A stretch of DNA of 64,000 nucleotides from Chlorokybus atmophyticus (Eukaryota; Plantae; Mesostigma and Chlorokybus algae), in NCBI GenBank assembly GCA_009103225.1, contig RHPI01000560.1, positions 169,465 through 233,464 on the forward strand. Direction: 5' to 3'. Positions 1 to 13,030 of the stretch are shown piece after piece. Both the position numbers and the translations under genes were made by a program. The notes under the pieces are model-generated. The model made no database searches, was not told the DNA's origin, and saw only the letters and a list, made by a program, of their open reading frames with translations. The stretch's first letter is position 1. Each line of letters starts with the position of its first letter.

Positions 1-1780
1 AGACATGGGGCTGTGTATTGTGAAACACATGCAAGCTTGAGAAGTTACTTACAAGCTTTTCTTCACACAATTACACTCTGTGGTAACAACGACGCCGATG
101 GCCATGGCAAAGGTCTAATGTTAGATACCACATATCATATAAAATAAGGAAAGTAAGCACACATGAGGTCACATAAGAAGGTCACAGACGGTTACAAGGC
201 AATGATGTGACAAGGATGTTGCATAAGCACACAAGCTAGCCTCATCCCTTAGTTAGCAACATGTGCCATGCACATACAGTCATTGGCCTCATTAATTGCC
301 AAGAACCTCGCCTCACACAATTGCCCATTGCAAAAGCTGTAAAGCTGAACCAAAAGGCTGCTGCATGTGGGCATACAGAGCTGCTCACCACATGAGGTCT
401 CATGTGATGGCTCAAGCTGCGCTGATGCGGTCTCAAGGCGTATGAGCAGTGAGTACAACATGATTATGTCCACCTGTACATGTACATGGAATGCACGGTG
501 TCGCCGCACACCACAACAGCACACAAACTTCGTCTGTAACCATGACACCACAACATCACATTGGCAGCACCGGAACATCCCACCATCCACATTACGCTCG
601 CTGCACTTGCTCGCAATGCTCGCTTGGCCGCAGCCACCACTCATCCACGCACGCACGCAAATTCTTGCATACCAATCCCGCCTCTCACCAAGACTCCTGT
701 GCACTCACACCCGGACACACCTCGTCGCTCACCCGCGCATCCGCCATGACACAGCCACGTCGTCGCGTCCACATCGGTTGTCGATATTGCGGGTGGCACT
801 GGCGCACGGCATGGCCACCGCAGCTGTGCCGGGCTACCATCATGTGACGGGAGAGGTACATAGCCATTACTAACCCTCCTAATGGCCTGACCCCCTAAGG
901 GCTTCACCAGCATCGCTACCGCAAAGACGGCAGTGGTGGCTGCGCAGTTTCACAACAACACATCCTCATTATCACATTCCTAAGACAATGGTTTGATGAC
1001 TGTAAGTCAACATGCGCACGCACGCAACGCAACATGCACACGCACCCACACAGACCTCCATACAACCCTTGCCTTCCAACCTCCCGCTTACCCCCTCAAG
1101 GGCGTAGGCATAACACATGGCCTCGTTGTAGCAAACCTTTATCCCTTGTTGAGGTTTCCTTGTCCTGGTGTGCTAGCCTGTATGAGCAGAGGATGCGCCG
1201 AGAATGCAGTGCCTACTCAAGTCAACACAAGGCAAGTCCAACATGTTCTGTGACCCCGACCTCCTGGAGAGTGCGTTCTCTGTCGTACCTTGGGCAGTTT
1301 CAAGCAAACAAGTCGTGATACCCCACGCACAGCAACAAGTCGCTCTCTGCCGAGTGGCTGCATGCATGTCTGCAATGCCCAGGTAGGCCACTGGGGCTAC
1401 AATAAAAACTTCGCCACCTTCACCGCCAGAAGCTTGTTGCAGCCATCTCCACTGTAGTGCCACACTGAGAGCAGCTGTGATCTGACTGCAAGATGACGTT
1501 GCTGAAGACCATATTTTCTTCGTGTGAAGCCCTGGCCAACAGGTGAGATCGTCAGTAAAAGTCCGCCGAACCGAACACCTGAATGCAACCAGACTTACCT
1601 CACAAGGAGTTCAGCAAAGCTTGCAGTGACCAGTCTTGGTTCTCAAGTCACTGCAGAGCAGGCCTGCTTTTGGCGTACTGAGATTCCTCAGAGCATGAGA
1701 CTTTTTCCTAACACCGCTGCTTGTGGGAGTCCGACTGCTGTTGTGACCGGCATGTACCAGCTTCCAGAACCATATGCTGG

Positions 1781-3337
1781 CTACTCCTGTGTGTGCGACA
1801 CAGCAGAAGATGCCACATGCTCTGCCTCATGCATGTGTGCATCAACGCCTTCTGCAGGCATTGCCATCAGTGCACTTGAAACGTCTGCAGGCTTTCCGAG
1901 CTTGCGAGGTTTTGCAACTTTGCCCTTTTCTCGCCCTGACACATACGCACGCAAAGAATCAACTTTGCGGGCAAGAAAAAAGCAGTGCTTCAAGCGGGGC
2001 TCGGCGACTCACCAAGATAATCTGACCATGACAGCCAGCCAAGATGTTTGTATACTTTGTCGGGAGCGGCAGGGATGTCCAACGGCCGGTTGCCACTCCC
2101 TTTCCATCGCTTATACTCGCTTTGGCTCTTGAGGCCCAGAGTCCACACATACTCCCTGGCCTGCATGACAAAAGATTGAGCATGCATTAGCATCGAGCAG
2201 ATAGAACCAATCTTGGGCTCACAAGCGAGAACCTGCAAGAATGGCCTCAACGGCTGTGACTCCGGACGTCGCACTTGTGCAAGCTTGCCTTTCGCAATGC
2301 CTAAGAAATCCGGCCACGAGACCCTGCAGACCTTTCATCAGGCACATGACAACAAGCACACCGCCCTCTAAGTCGTCCTCAGCACAGATCACCGTACCAT
2401 CCTTTGTGCCGATAGATGTTGTAAGGGCTTGCCGGGACATCAACTGGGCGCATGCCTGACTTTGTCCATGCATGAAACTCTGCTTGTGACCTGTGATACA
2501 TTGAAGGTTCTGCAACATGAGCAGATATACACAGCATTGGAATACACACAAAAACTAGAGTAATGCAACCCACATACTACACCTGAAGCCAAGCGACCAC
2601 ATGTACGTGCGGCAGTCCTCAAAGGGCCGGAACTCCACGTCGCGCGGTTTCTGCGCGCAGCAGTAGCGGCTCTTGCCCTTGTCTGTACCCAACCAATCTC
2701 CCCACGATATCCACCCCGCGCCCTCGTACACCTGCCAACAAGCCCACGCAAGTCAGTCCCAGACTCTTTCACCCGCAATGGCATATTCAGGCACATGCAC
2801 GCAAGTGTACCTTCTCGGGGGCGCTGGGTATGTCAAGCGGTCTGTGGCCATCTTTGCTCCATTTGAGGAAATCCGTACGAGTCTTCAGCCCCGCCGCCCA
2901 CACGACATCTCGAGCAGCCTCAAACGGCCTGAAGCCAATGCGGGTTTTGGACACGCGCCGCCGATCTGCACCCTCACCTTCGCTCTCACCCTCTGTGTCT
3001 TCACCCTCGTGCTCGTGCTCAGTGTGCTGCTGCTCTGCATGCGGGGCCTCATTGCGCCCATTTGTCGTTGGACCTTCTGCATAAAGTCTTTCCATTACTG
3101 TACTGTGTTGGTCATAATCAAGAATATGTGGTGTAAGAGGAGGTGCTATACCTACCTACAATGACAAGGTGGAAGCTGCGGTGACACCCGCATGCTGCGC
3201 AACGTCGGGCGTCTGTGGTTGTGGCGATGTTGTTATTCCTCTCGTTGTCGTTCTCATCGGGATCAAACTCCTGGCAACCGTCACGGATGGGCACGCCGCT
3301 GGCGCTCGCATTGATCACGCGCTGGCATGCACCGTAC
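1781..3337 (-). CDS. Multi-exon gene: ZF-HD-type zinc-finger (dimerisation) domain fused to three phage-integrase-type (INT_rpt-like) repeats; 5' exons probably extend to ~3.6-3.9 kb
   Basis: Exon 3337-3156 reads YGACQRVINASASGVPIRDGCQEFD...RCAACGCHRSFH (ZF-HD/MIF signature Y..C...DGC.EF...CAACGCHRxFH). Later GT-AG exons join in frame into three repeats: RPFEAARDVVWAAGLKTRTDFLKWSKDGHRPLDIPSAPEKVYEGAGWISWGDWLG, RPFEDCRTYMWSLGFRSQAEFHAWTKSGMRPVDVPASPYNIYRHKGWVSWPDFLG and RPFLQAREYVWTLGLKSQSEYKRWKGSGNRPLDIPAAPDKVYKHLGWLSWSDYLG. Stop at 1781. Confidence 0.8.
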
Positions 3338-3945
3338 CTGCATGCACAACGGCAACAGGTTGGTAAGTAATTGCACAACACAGGACAAAAGGCGAGGAAG
3401 AACATGCTCCGCTCTAGGCTTTGCTTTCGACTCAATGTGCAGAAAAGATCATAGTTCATGCACTGCGCCATGCACGTTGCATCTGCAGGAACGCAGTCTA
3501 ATGCAGTGGTCGATGGTCAGGATACTGGACTGCACTGCTCAAACAGAATGTCACACACACCTCGTGGGGAATTTTGGCTGACAGCCATGAGATAGCGTGC
3601 TCGCACTGCGTGCCCTTGATGCGACCGGGTTATTGCAGAGACTGCAATACAAAGGTACAGAGACGACAACGACAACAAGGACACGGTGTACAAAGCAGAT
3701 AGCGACGACGCTGATGATGAGAGCAGTTGCGCTTTAACTGTTGCCATGCACCAAGTGTCATTTGCCAGGGCAAAATCCTACCGTTTGCGCTGTTGTGCTG
3801 GCTCCATCAGCAGAATTTTGTAATGAATGTGACGCTTTCCAGCTTTCAGCGTATTCCGGTCACCAACCCTGTCGCCATCGCTATCGCCGCCTCCTCCACT
3901 CCATGGCCACCGGCGTGCATTGCACACAGGCAAGGTTAGGCAAAA

Positions 3946-3963
3946 TTAGGGTTAGGGTTAGGG
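3946..3963 (+). promoter_or_regulatory. (TTAGGG)3 interstitial telomere-like / telo-box repeat in the divergent promoter region
   Basis: ttagggttagggttaggg, preceded by another ggttagg, lies between two divergently transcribed genes. Confidence 0.55.
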
Positions 3964-4141
3964 GGCCCGGGCACCCCAACATGTACGCTGTGAACAGGAG
4001 TGTGTCGGGCTACAACACACATGTTGGGTCACGTGACTGCAGGGAGCGCTGTGCGCAAGCCGCAGCGATCGCCACGGCGGCGGCGGCGGCGGCGATGGGC
4101 AGGAGGCGGATGTCATTGTAGACCCTATTACTATTGACAAG

Positions 4142-7100
4142 ATGGTCGATGGGTCTACTGGAAAGCGCTCGCAGCCTAATGGATGCGGCGGCGACGCTGC
4201 AGCCTTCCGGCTGCGGGCGGCGGCGCAGCAGGGCTTGCTGTCCTCCCTGGCCAAGTCTCAGTCCCAGGCCCTGAAAGGAGGAGGAGGCGGGATCCAAGCG
4301 AAGGCGAAAGAGCGGGACAAGACAGGTCCCAGGACAGGCACTGGGACGCGTGATCGGGTCCCGGATCAGGATCTGGGACCCAAGTCGCCAACCGGAATGA
4401 CGCTGCCGAGAATCCCCCCCCAAGTCCAACCCTTTGGGAAGTTCCCGGAGAAGGAAGTCCTTGGCATGGACGCCTTGGCCAACAAGGTGTGGATTGCATC
4501 TCAGCTTGTTGTAAACAGATCTATCTCTTTCAAAACCGTCTCACTATTTCAACCCAGGATCTACCTAAAAGTGAAGTTGTCCCGTATGCGGGGATGCTTG
4601 CGAGGCGAGAAGCACGCCACCAGGCTGCTTTGAACGCTTATGCTAGTCAGAGGGACCAGCTAGCGGCAGACGTACGGGAGCATGTGGCCCACCTGTGCGC
4701 CGACTTCAGGTGCATGCACACGCAGTAGCCCACACATTCATGCACGTCCACGCGCACGCACGCACATGCACGCACACAACGCGCACGAATACTTGACAGT
4801 ACACGTGATCATGCGCACATAAGCGTATCATGCTCAAACATAGGCGCAAGAAGCATCTACCCCACGCATGCACACGTATGTTGCAGGGCACGAATGGCCG
4901 AATGCGACGTGGACATCGCCAACGAGTTCGCCCTCATGGACGACAACGACCGCCTGATGGCCCTGGAGGCCGCGGGCGTCGACCGCATATGGGAAGAAGT
5001 CTCCCGCCTCGTAAGAGAGTCATGAACTTTTACCCCTGTTGTTTTCCTCCTGCCTGTACTAAATTCCTTTCTCAGGGTCCTGTTCGTATGGGTTGGATCG
5101 AGGACTTGTCCAGTGCGCTGTCTCACTCGGAGGATGCGAGGCGTGTTCGTGTGGAGGAGGCGTTGGGGATGTTAGCGGCGGCGTTGTTGGACGCAGCGCA
5201 CCTCACGAACAATGAAGTTGAGATGGTCGTGCTGGAACCGGAGGCACTCGCACTTAACTGCGCCGCACTCGATAACCGCACGCACCACGCTGAACTCGTC
5301 TGTCAACTCAAGCGATACGAAGCCATTGCGCAAGTAAGTGTGATGACTGTAACTTCAGGGCTGATGACCGTTTGCACACATACACACACGCGCGCACGCA
5401 CTCCTTGTGGGTTGCAGGTGGAGAGGAGGAAGAGATGGGAGGCTGGGCGGGAGCGCTGGCGCCAGATCGTGACGCAGTACCTCATCGAACAGTTCCACAA
5501 ACGCTTCGCCAACGAAGAGTTCGCCCAACCTCCGACCCGAGTAGCCCTCCTAGTCGACCTCCGCACCCAACAAGAACAAGTAAGTTTGTGACCCACCCAC
5601 CCACTCACCCACCAACCCACCCATAGGCACACGGACGCACTGCGCCCCCCCGNNNNNNNNNNNNNNNNNNNNNNNNNNNNNNNNNNNNNNNNNNNNNNNN
5701 NNNNNNNNNNNNNNNNNNNNNNNNNNNNNNNNNNNNNNNNNNNNNNNNNNNNNNNNNNNNNNNNNNNNNNNNNNNNNNNNNNNNNNNNNNNNNNNNNNNN
5801 NNNNNNNNNNNNNNNNNNNNNNNNNNNNNNNNNNNNNNNNNNNNNNNNNNNNNNNNNNNNNNNNNNNNNNNNNNNNNNNNNNNNNNNNNNNNNNNNNNNN
5901 NNNNNNNNNNNNNNNNNNNNNNNNNNNNNNNNNNNNNNNNNNNNNNNNNNNNNNNNNNNNNNNNNNNNNNNNNNNNNNNNNNNNNNNNNNNNNNNNNNNN
6001 NNNNNNNNNNNNNNNNNNNNNNNNNNNNNNNNNNNNNNNNNNNNCTCGCTCCCCCACCCACTCTTTCACCCTCCCCCTCACAGGCCCACTCATCTCTATG
6101 CTCCCACCTCTCCTCCGCCTGCACCCTCTTCCCGCCCTCCAAGTCTTCCCCCTCCTCGGCCTCGTCCGCGGCGGCGGCGTGGGTGGCGGCGGCTGCGACG
6201 GCGAGCGAGACGTGGGAGGGAAGGATGGGGAGAGGGATGGCACGATTGCGGGAGGATGAGGAGGCGGTTGAGCAACATGCGCAAGAGGTGAGAGAAAGGG
6301 GGTGGGGGGCGAGAGGGGGAGGGGGGAACACTGAGTGTGGGTTGTTGGGCAGGTGTATATGCAGTTGCGGGCTGATGTGGCGCGGTATACTGATACTTTG
6401 TCGGGGAGTGATGTGGCGGCGATTGTTAGCCCGACGACGACGGTGACGCCCGTGAGCCCAATGTCACCCACACCACCACCTGTAGCGTCACCGACTCCAA
6501 CTGCGTCACGCGTCGAGGCGGCCAACAACAACGTCTCCGACGACAAAGGCAACAACAACCCAACGCAACCTGCGGACCCGTTGGAGACCGCGTGCGCTCC
6601 CGTGCTCGCATCCCGCCGTGAGGCCGCAGCCACACTACTGGCACAAACCCACACTTTCCTCGTGCGCGACCTCGCTCGCTCACGTACTGTAGCCAACACT
6701 CTCCACGCCTTCCTTGCGAGTGTGTGTAATGCACACGATGAACATGTTGGGCGGGTGGAAGGTGTCATGAGTACAACAAGAGATGGGATGGCCGAGGCGC
6801 GGGCACGCCTTGAAGCACGCGAGAAAGCAATGGAGGAGGACTTTACGTTGGCGTGTGGTAAGCTTGCGCGCGGATGGAGCGAGAAGGTCATTGACCAACA
6901 CGCGGGTGAAGCTCTTGCGTTGTTACGCCAACTTGAAGTTGAGTACCGAGCCTTTCACGTCGAGTCCATTGCGTTGGCAGAGAGGCACCCGGGTCAACTT
7001 GCGGCTGAAGCTGCCACGCACGAGAGCGAGTTGTGTACTTTGCTCCTGCTCAACCCAGCCACGTCCGTCGGGTCACCCCAACCCAATAACAATGATGTTG

Positions 7101-10100
7101 GGGGGGAAGAGAAGGCCACACCACTCGGCGGGCAGCGCAGGCCACTGCCGAGCAGGTTGGGTCCGCCACGCACACCCGCCGACAACAATAAGGACAAGGT
7201 TGCCAACAACGTGCAGGATGGCCCCGTCGTCACGAGCATGGGAAGTTCTTACGCTCCCACGGGGGACCTTTACACCCACATCTTCAACACACCCAACAAC
7301 TCACCCAACAACAACGACAACATGGACAACACTGACAACAGCGAGGGTGATGTCACGCCGCGGGGTGTGAAGGGTGAAGCCTTCTTCTCGCGCCTCGCAG
7401 TGCCAGAAGAGACTCTAAGAGTTGTGCTTCGAGTTGCCCGTTCGGAGACTGTTGCTGATGCGGAGATTAAGTCTGCGGGGGTGCTGGCAGCTGCACACAC
7501 CTTCCGCAACCAACAGGTGCGTGTGCGTGTGCGTGTGTAGTTGGATGTGTGGTTACGAGTGTCAAGTTGTTGTGTATGTGTTCAGATGGTGGCTTTGACA
7601 AACGAGCTTGACGGGAGGCTCCGCGCCCATCGGCCCCGTGCTGGCCGCGTGGAGGAGGACGCCAGGGCCGAACGTGCCACGCAACTTGCCGCGCAGGGCC
7701 GTGCCTTCTACAGGTGAAAGCAACTTTGGTCTTGATCACACAAGACACACATAGTCCGCACACACATAATGATGACTCAACTAACACACAGGCACCTGAG
7801 AGCCGTGGATAAGCGCTGCCGCGAGCATGACGTGAAGTTCAAAGAGGCCCTCAACAAGATGCAACAGGCAAGGATACATTAGTCCAGTCTGTATGCCACT
7901 AACTCAACACAACAACAACAACAACAATAACGTCAACAGCAACAGCAACAGCAACAGCAACAACAACAACAACTTCACTTCCAGGTGTTGGACGGGCACA
8001 TGGTAAAGGTAGCGGGTACTCCTGCTCGTCTCGCCGCGTGTTCCGCCGCCACTCAGCTCGCCATCTGCGTGCGTGAGGGTGACGCTGCTCAAGCCCGCGT
8101 CACGTCTGAGGCCGCATCCCAACATGCTTCCCTCACCACACTCCTCACCACCTTTCTCCAATCCATTACATCCACCGACACAACAACTCTCCAGTCCTGG
8201 AAGACCTTTGATGATGGTGGAGACTACGCACCTGAGACAGTCGAGGCGTATGGGACTCAACTAAGAGAGGTTGAGAGTAGAGTGGAGAGGGAGAACAATG
8301 AGAAGGAGGGGAGAGTGGCCAAGGTGGAGAGGGATGCTGTGGATGCTGCTAATGCTGCTATGGAGGCTGTCAATGGCGCACTCGGGCCGCATAAAGAGGA
8401 CCTGGCGCTACTGGACGCAGTCAATGGGGCACTCATCAATGCTGAATTCAAGGTGAGATGTGTGTATGTGCGTGCATGCGTATTATGCGCTGAACAGAGA
8501 ACAGATGTGGTAAAAACAACCAAGAAGTTGGCTTACTGAGTGTTATTGCGCAGGTCAAAGCGCAGCTGTCGAAGAGTGCCGAGGCCGAGGCCACGATCAA
8601 CACTCAATTAGAGCGCATAGAAATTCTCACCTCCGCAACCGGCAAGACCACAACTAAGACTTTCACACCTGAAGCATTGACAGCATTTCCTGCGGAGCTG
8701 CTAACTGCGGTTGAGACGCTGCGTGAGCAGCTTGGAGCGCGTGCAGCGTATCTGAAGTGCATCGATGCCGCCACGAGTGCAGCTGTCAATGGCAGTGGCA
8801 ATGCTCAGGAAGGGGTGATTGCTATAGTTGATGGCGTGGTCAATGCAGCCAAAGGCGCAGTTCAGTCTGTTGCGGAAAAGTATTACAAGAGCCTGGACCG
8901 ATCCCGCGCCATCACCAGAGCCAACAAGTACGGAAACACACGCACACGCACGGGAGTGCACACACACGAAAACCAAAAAAACACAAACAACAAGAATGAT
9001 AGTGATGACGACAATAACATCATCAACATAGCATGATTACCATCATCATTACTGTCATTCTCAGGATCCCAGCAACAAGTACAGAGCTCGTAGATGCCTC
9101 CTCTTCCTCCTCCCTGTCCCCCCTAACCTCCCTGGCCCAAACTCACGCCTCCGACGCCCTGATCCACTTCCGCATCCAGGTCATCTGTGCCCACTCTCTG
9201 CTCCCGCGCGTGCCTGCACCACTCTTTGCCGCGCTTGCGAGTGGATTCGTTGCGGGGAATAAGATTGAGGAGGAGAGGGTGGAGGAGGGGAGTGGGAGTG
9301 GGGGTGGGAGTGGGGAGTGGGTGAGGAGGTGGGAGGAGGTGTGTGAGGAGATGGAGAAGGAGGGGGTGAGGAGTGAGGAGGAGGTAAAGGAGCTGGTGGA
9401 GAAGGAAGCTGAGCTGGCAAAGGAGAGATGGGACTGGATTGTCGCCAGCGCCAAGTCAGGTATGTTGTCGGTGAGCACCCCCACTGAAGTAAGCCCACTT
9501 CCACACCCTTGTATACCATGTCTCTTATCTCTCCCTTCGCTTAGTCTCCGGCGCCCTCAGCGCTGCATCCCAAGCCTTCCACTCCGCCCTTCTCGCAGCC
9601 TCCACGCGCCTCACCACCGCCCTCGACAACACCCTTACCCCTCAGGTGCGAGCACTACATATTCACAAAACACACATACAGCCCCTTCAATCGGATGCGG
9701 TTGAACCCACCCACCCAAACCAGGACCTCCCGCCCATGACCGACGCGGAGAAGGAGGCCGCTCAGTCGGCCCTACGCCGCCGCAGCCTCAAGGAGCTCAT
9801 GCACGAGCGCGCGGAGATGACCAACACCACCATCACCACCACCACCACCAATAACAACAACAACAATGACAACGCCATCTTCGCCCCTGTAGACGCCAAC
9901 ACCAAGCCGAGGGCCGGTCGACCCTTCCCTGAGGGCCCGTGGGCCCCGCTTGATGGTACAGCATTTAGAGCCGAGGAGGCCGCGTGGAGGAGTTTGATTG
10001 AGCGGCTTGAGGGTGAAGGGGTGAGTGTTGGGGAGGTGAAGGGTGGGGAGGAGAGTGTGGGGAAGAGTGAAGGGAAGGCAGGCCAGAAAGTGGAGGGGAA

Positions 10101-11175
10101 GGGAGGGAAAGGGGAAGGGAAAGGGGAAGGGAAGGTGGAGGCGAAGGTGGAAGGAAAGACGACGGCTACCAATGCTAAAGGAAAGACTGATCAGAAAGGG
10201 TAAGAGAAAGATAAGCATGCCTGCAAGCACGTACGCTCACGCAGAGCAGCACATATGCGTGCGTGAACATGCTCAGGCACCCCACACGTGCACCTGCGCA
10301 CGCCCACACTTGCACACACTCACACTCTTTCTCCCCCACAGGCCCGCCTCCACCCTTCCTTCCTCCGACCCCCTCTCCCTCCTCTCCTTTTCCCTCCATC
10401 CCTCCCTCTCCACTCCCGCCAGTCGCGCCGGCGCGCGCTCGAGGGCGGAGGCGTGGGCCAGCGCGGTCGCGGGGGCGGGGGCGACCGGGGCACGGGCGAG
10501 GGAGAGGGCGAGTGAGAGGGCGGAGGGGGAGAGGGGGAGGGGGAGGGAGTGGAGAGAGAGAGTGGAGAGAGTGCGAGAAAGGGGGAGAGAGGAGAGGGAG
10601 GGGGAGGGGGAGGGGGNNNNNNNNNNNNNNNNNNNNNNNNNNNNNNNNNNNNNNNNNNNNNNNNNNNNNNNNNNNNNNNNNNNNNNNNNNNNNNNNNNNN
10701 NNNNNNNNNNNNNNNNNNNNNNNNNNNNNNNNNNNNNNNNNNNNNNNNNNNNNNNNNNNNNNNNNNNNNNNNNNNNNNNNNNNNNNNNNNNNNNNNNNNN
10801 NNNNNNNNNNNNNNNNNNNNNNNNNNNNNNNNNNNNNNNNNNNNNNNNNNNNNNNNNNNNNNNNNNNNNNNNNNNNNNNNNNNNNNNNNNNNNNNNNNNN
10901 NNNNNNNNNNNNNNNNNNNNGGGGGAGGGGGAGGGGGAGGGGGAGAGGGAGGGAGGGGGGGTGGGGATGGAGAAAGGAGGGGAGAAAGGGGAGGGTAAGT
11001 GACTTGAGGGGGTGTAGGTAAAGCAGCAAGTAATTGATTAGGTCAGTGTAAACACGTCAACAGTCAAGGGGCTGTTTGCCGACCTCTCTTTCAATGCTTG
11101 CGTTGAACTTTGGAACAACCTGCAGAGTGTTCCGACCTACAACATCGTATGCAACTGGAATGATGTGCCTGCCTA
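4142..11175 (+). CDS. CCDC180: Coiled-coil domain-containing protein 180 / flagellar CFAP76-like (DUF4455-type), multi-exon, interrupted by two N gaps; 3' end uncertain (>=10.2 kb)
   Basis: Exons such as GWIEDLSSALSHSEDARR...LEPEALALNCAALDNRTHHAELVCQL and ERRKRWEAGRERWRQIVTQYLIEQFHKRFANEEFAQPP match the DUF4455 pattern. Many long helical exons with GT-AG borders continue to at least 10.2 kb. Confidence 0.65.
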
Positions 11176-11182
11176 GCTCGGT

Positions 11183-13030
11183 TTAAGATCTCCGATTGTT
11201 CTCCCGATAAGGGTTGAGCACCCGGATGGGTCTTGACTTGATGCAGCTGGCAGGCCTAAACGGCCCCGCCGACGGCTTCTGCACATCATAGTAGTATTTT
11301 CATTGGCGCAGTTGCATCCAGTAGTATGCGATACAACATGATGCACACAAGTACGCACCTTCTGTTCCTTCTGGGGAGCTGGGGCGACCGAGTCCGGAGT
11401 TGTGTTCAGTTGGAAGGGTGGGCTTTCACCCGAGACCGTGTTGTATATCCCTCGTTTGGATCTGCCCAGCTTGAAGGGCACCGCGCAGCCCCGTGAGGAC
11501 TTGTACTCGCTGTCGCCGTACCCGCCACCACCAGCGTCTATCATACACACATGACATCAGCTGTTTGGTGTTGATAGTGCCGTATCATGTACCACACAAA
11601 GAGCACGCACTCGGCACGTAGGGCGCTTGCGAGGAAAATGTGCGGCCCGCGGGGCTCGTGGCCGTGAACGGACGCTGGGACCGCAGCCACTGCCGGTGGC
11701 GCCGGAACTCCTCCTGGCAAACTTTGGTTAGGTGGCGTGGTGGGTGGCGTGAGTTGTGAAGAGAGAGCAGCACTCAGTGAAAATTGCATGCGCACACGCG
11801 TGCGTACCATGCACGCTCACACATGCATGGGGCAATGCGTGTGTGTATGTGCACGCACACATGCACGCACGCACTACGCCGCCACACCAAAGTCGCTGTT
11901 CTGAGCACACATGCCTGATCTATCTCCCGCACGTCGTCGTACGGGTCTGGCAGATACCGCCACGGTGCACCAATCGTCGTCCCAGTGTATCCTACAGCGC
12001 CACATTGTCGGACACACCACCACACGAACACAATCCCGACACAACACCCCTACCATATGTGCCAGCCTTGGGTGGAGATGTATAAAACCCTCGCTTGCCC
12101 CTCTCTTTGCCATGACTCCTGCTGGTGAAAGCATCCCCACCTCGGTTACTCCCGCTGGGGCTTTCTTCACCCTCAGTCCTGAACTTGTGGGGATACAAGC
12201 TTGGCCTGCGCCAACAGGGGGCTTCAGTACTTAACGTGGTCATGTGGTGGATGAGTTGTTGTGTGGGTTGGGTGTGCTATTTGCTATGCCTTTGGCGTGG
12301 AGGGCTGGGAGGCAGGAAGGGTCTGTCGGACACGTTCTTGGCGGCCTCCTGCACGCGCCGCCTGCGCTCAAGTGATGCGGCCTCCACGTACTCCTCACCC
12401 TTGAAGGTGTTGTTGGTGTCATTGTTGTTGGTGGTGTTGGTGATGGGAATGGGGGTGGGGGTGGGAGTGAGCTGTACATGCATGTTTGAGATTAATACAG
12501 TGGTACTTACTTCGTACAGGCGTTGGACGGCTGGTTTGGGAGGTGCGGAGGAGCAGCGGAACTGGGCTCCCCGCAGTCGTGATGGTGTGTCTGTGTAACA
12601 CAGAGAGACACCCCACTTGAAAGGCATGTGATGTTACCCTTTCTACAGAAACCTTCAAATGCATCCGGGTCGACTATGTACGAAGTCAAGCGGTTGTTTG
12701 AGGTGGTCAACTTGACTGATGTTCATCGGTCAAACACGACTCTCTGCTCGGATCCAAGACAACCTTGATACCGACACCGTCACCACATTGCATCATGCAC
12801 AGCTATGTTACATCCACACTTACACCACACACACGCATACCCACATGTCTCTACTCACGTGAGGGTTTGCCGTACTCATCCCCGACATGGATGGAGCTTG
12901 GCTCGCTAAACACCCCCAGGCTCTCCATGTCCCCGCCGCCGCTGTACAACCCCTTCCAGAAGCCGCTGGTCCCCACGGATGATAAGATACGAGGAGGTGA
13001 CGCCCCGTGAGACGGACGCGGCGAGGCCAT
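11183..13030 (-). CDS. CFAP96: Cilia- and flagella-associated protein 96 (C4orf47/UPF0602 family), multi-exon
   Basis: GDMESLGVFSEPSSIHVGDEY, FKGEEYVEAASLERRRRVQEAAKNVSDRPFLP, KRGFYTSPPKAGTYG and the final exon GPFRPASCIKSRPIRMLNP* parallel human C4orf47 motifs (DMERIGLFSEMEYITVGDKY; FEGEGY; NLYTNPGKKGTGYG; PSGPKSRP). Confidence 0.8.

Noticed and set aside
1-1700. Separate minus-strand gene at the left edge (several good GT donors, an RSHHCRLCG FYVE-like string, hydrophobic stretches)
   Set aside because: I could not assemble a consistent reading frame or recognise a family; it may be spliced UTR or a partial gene.
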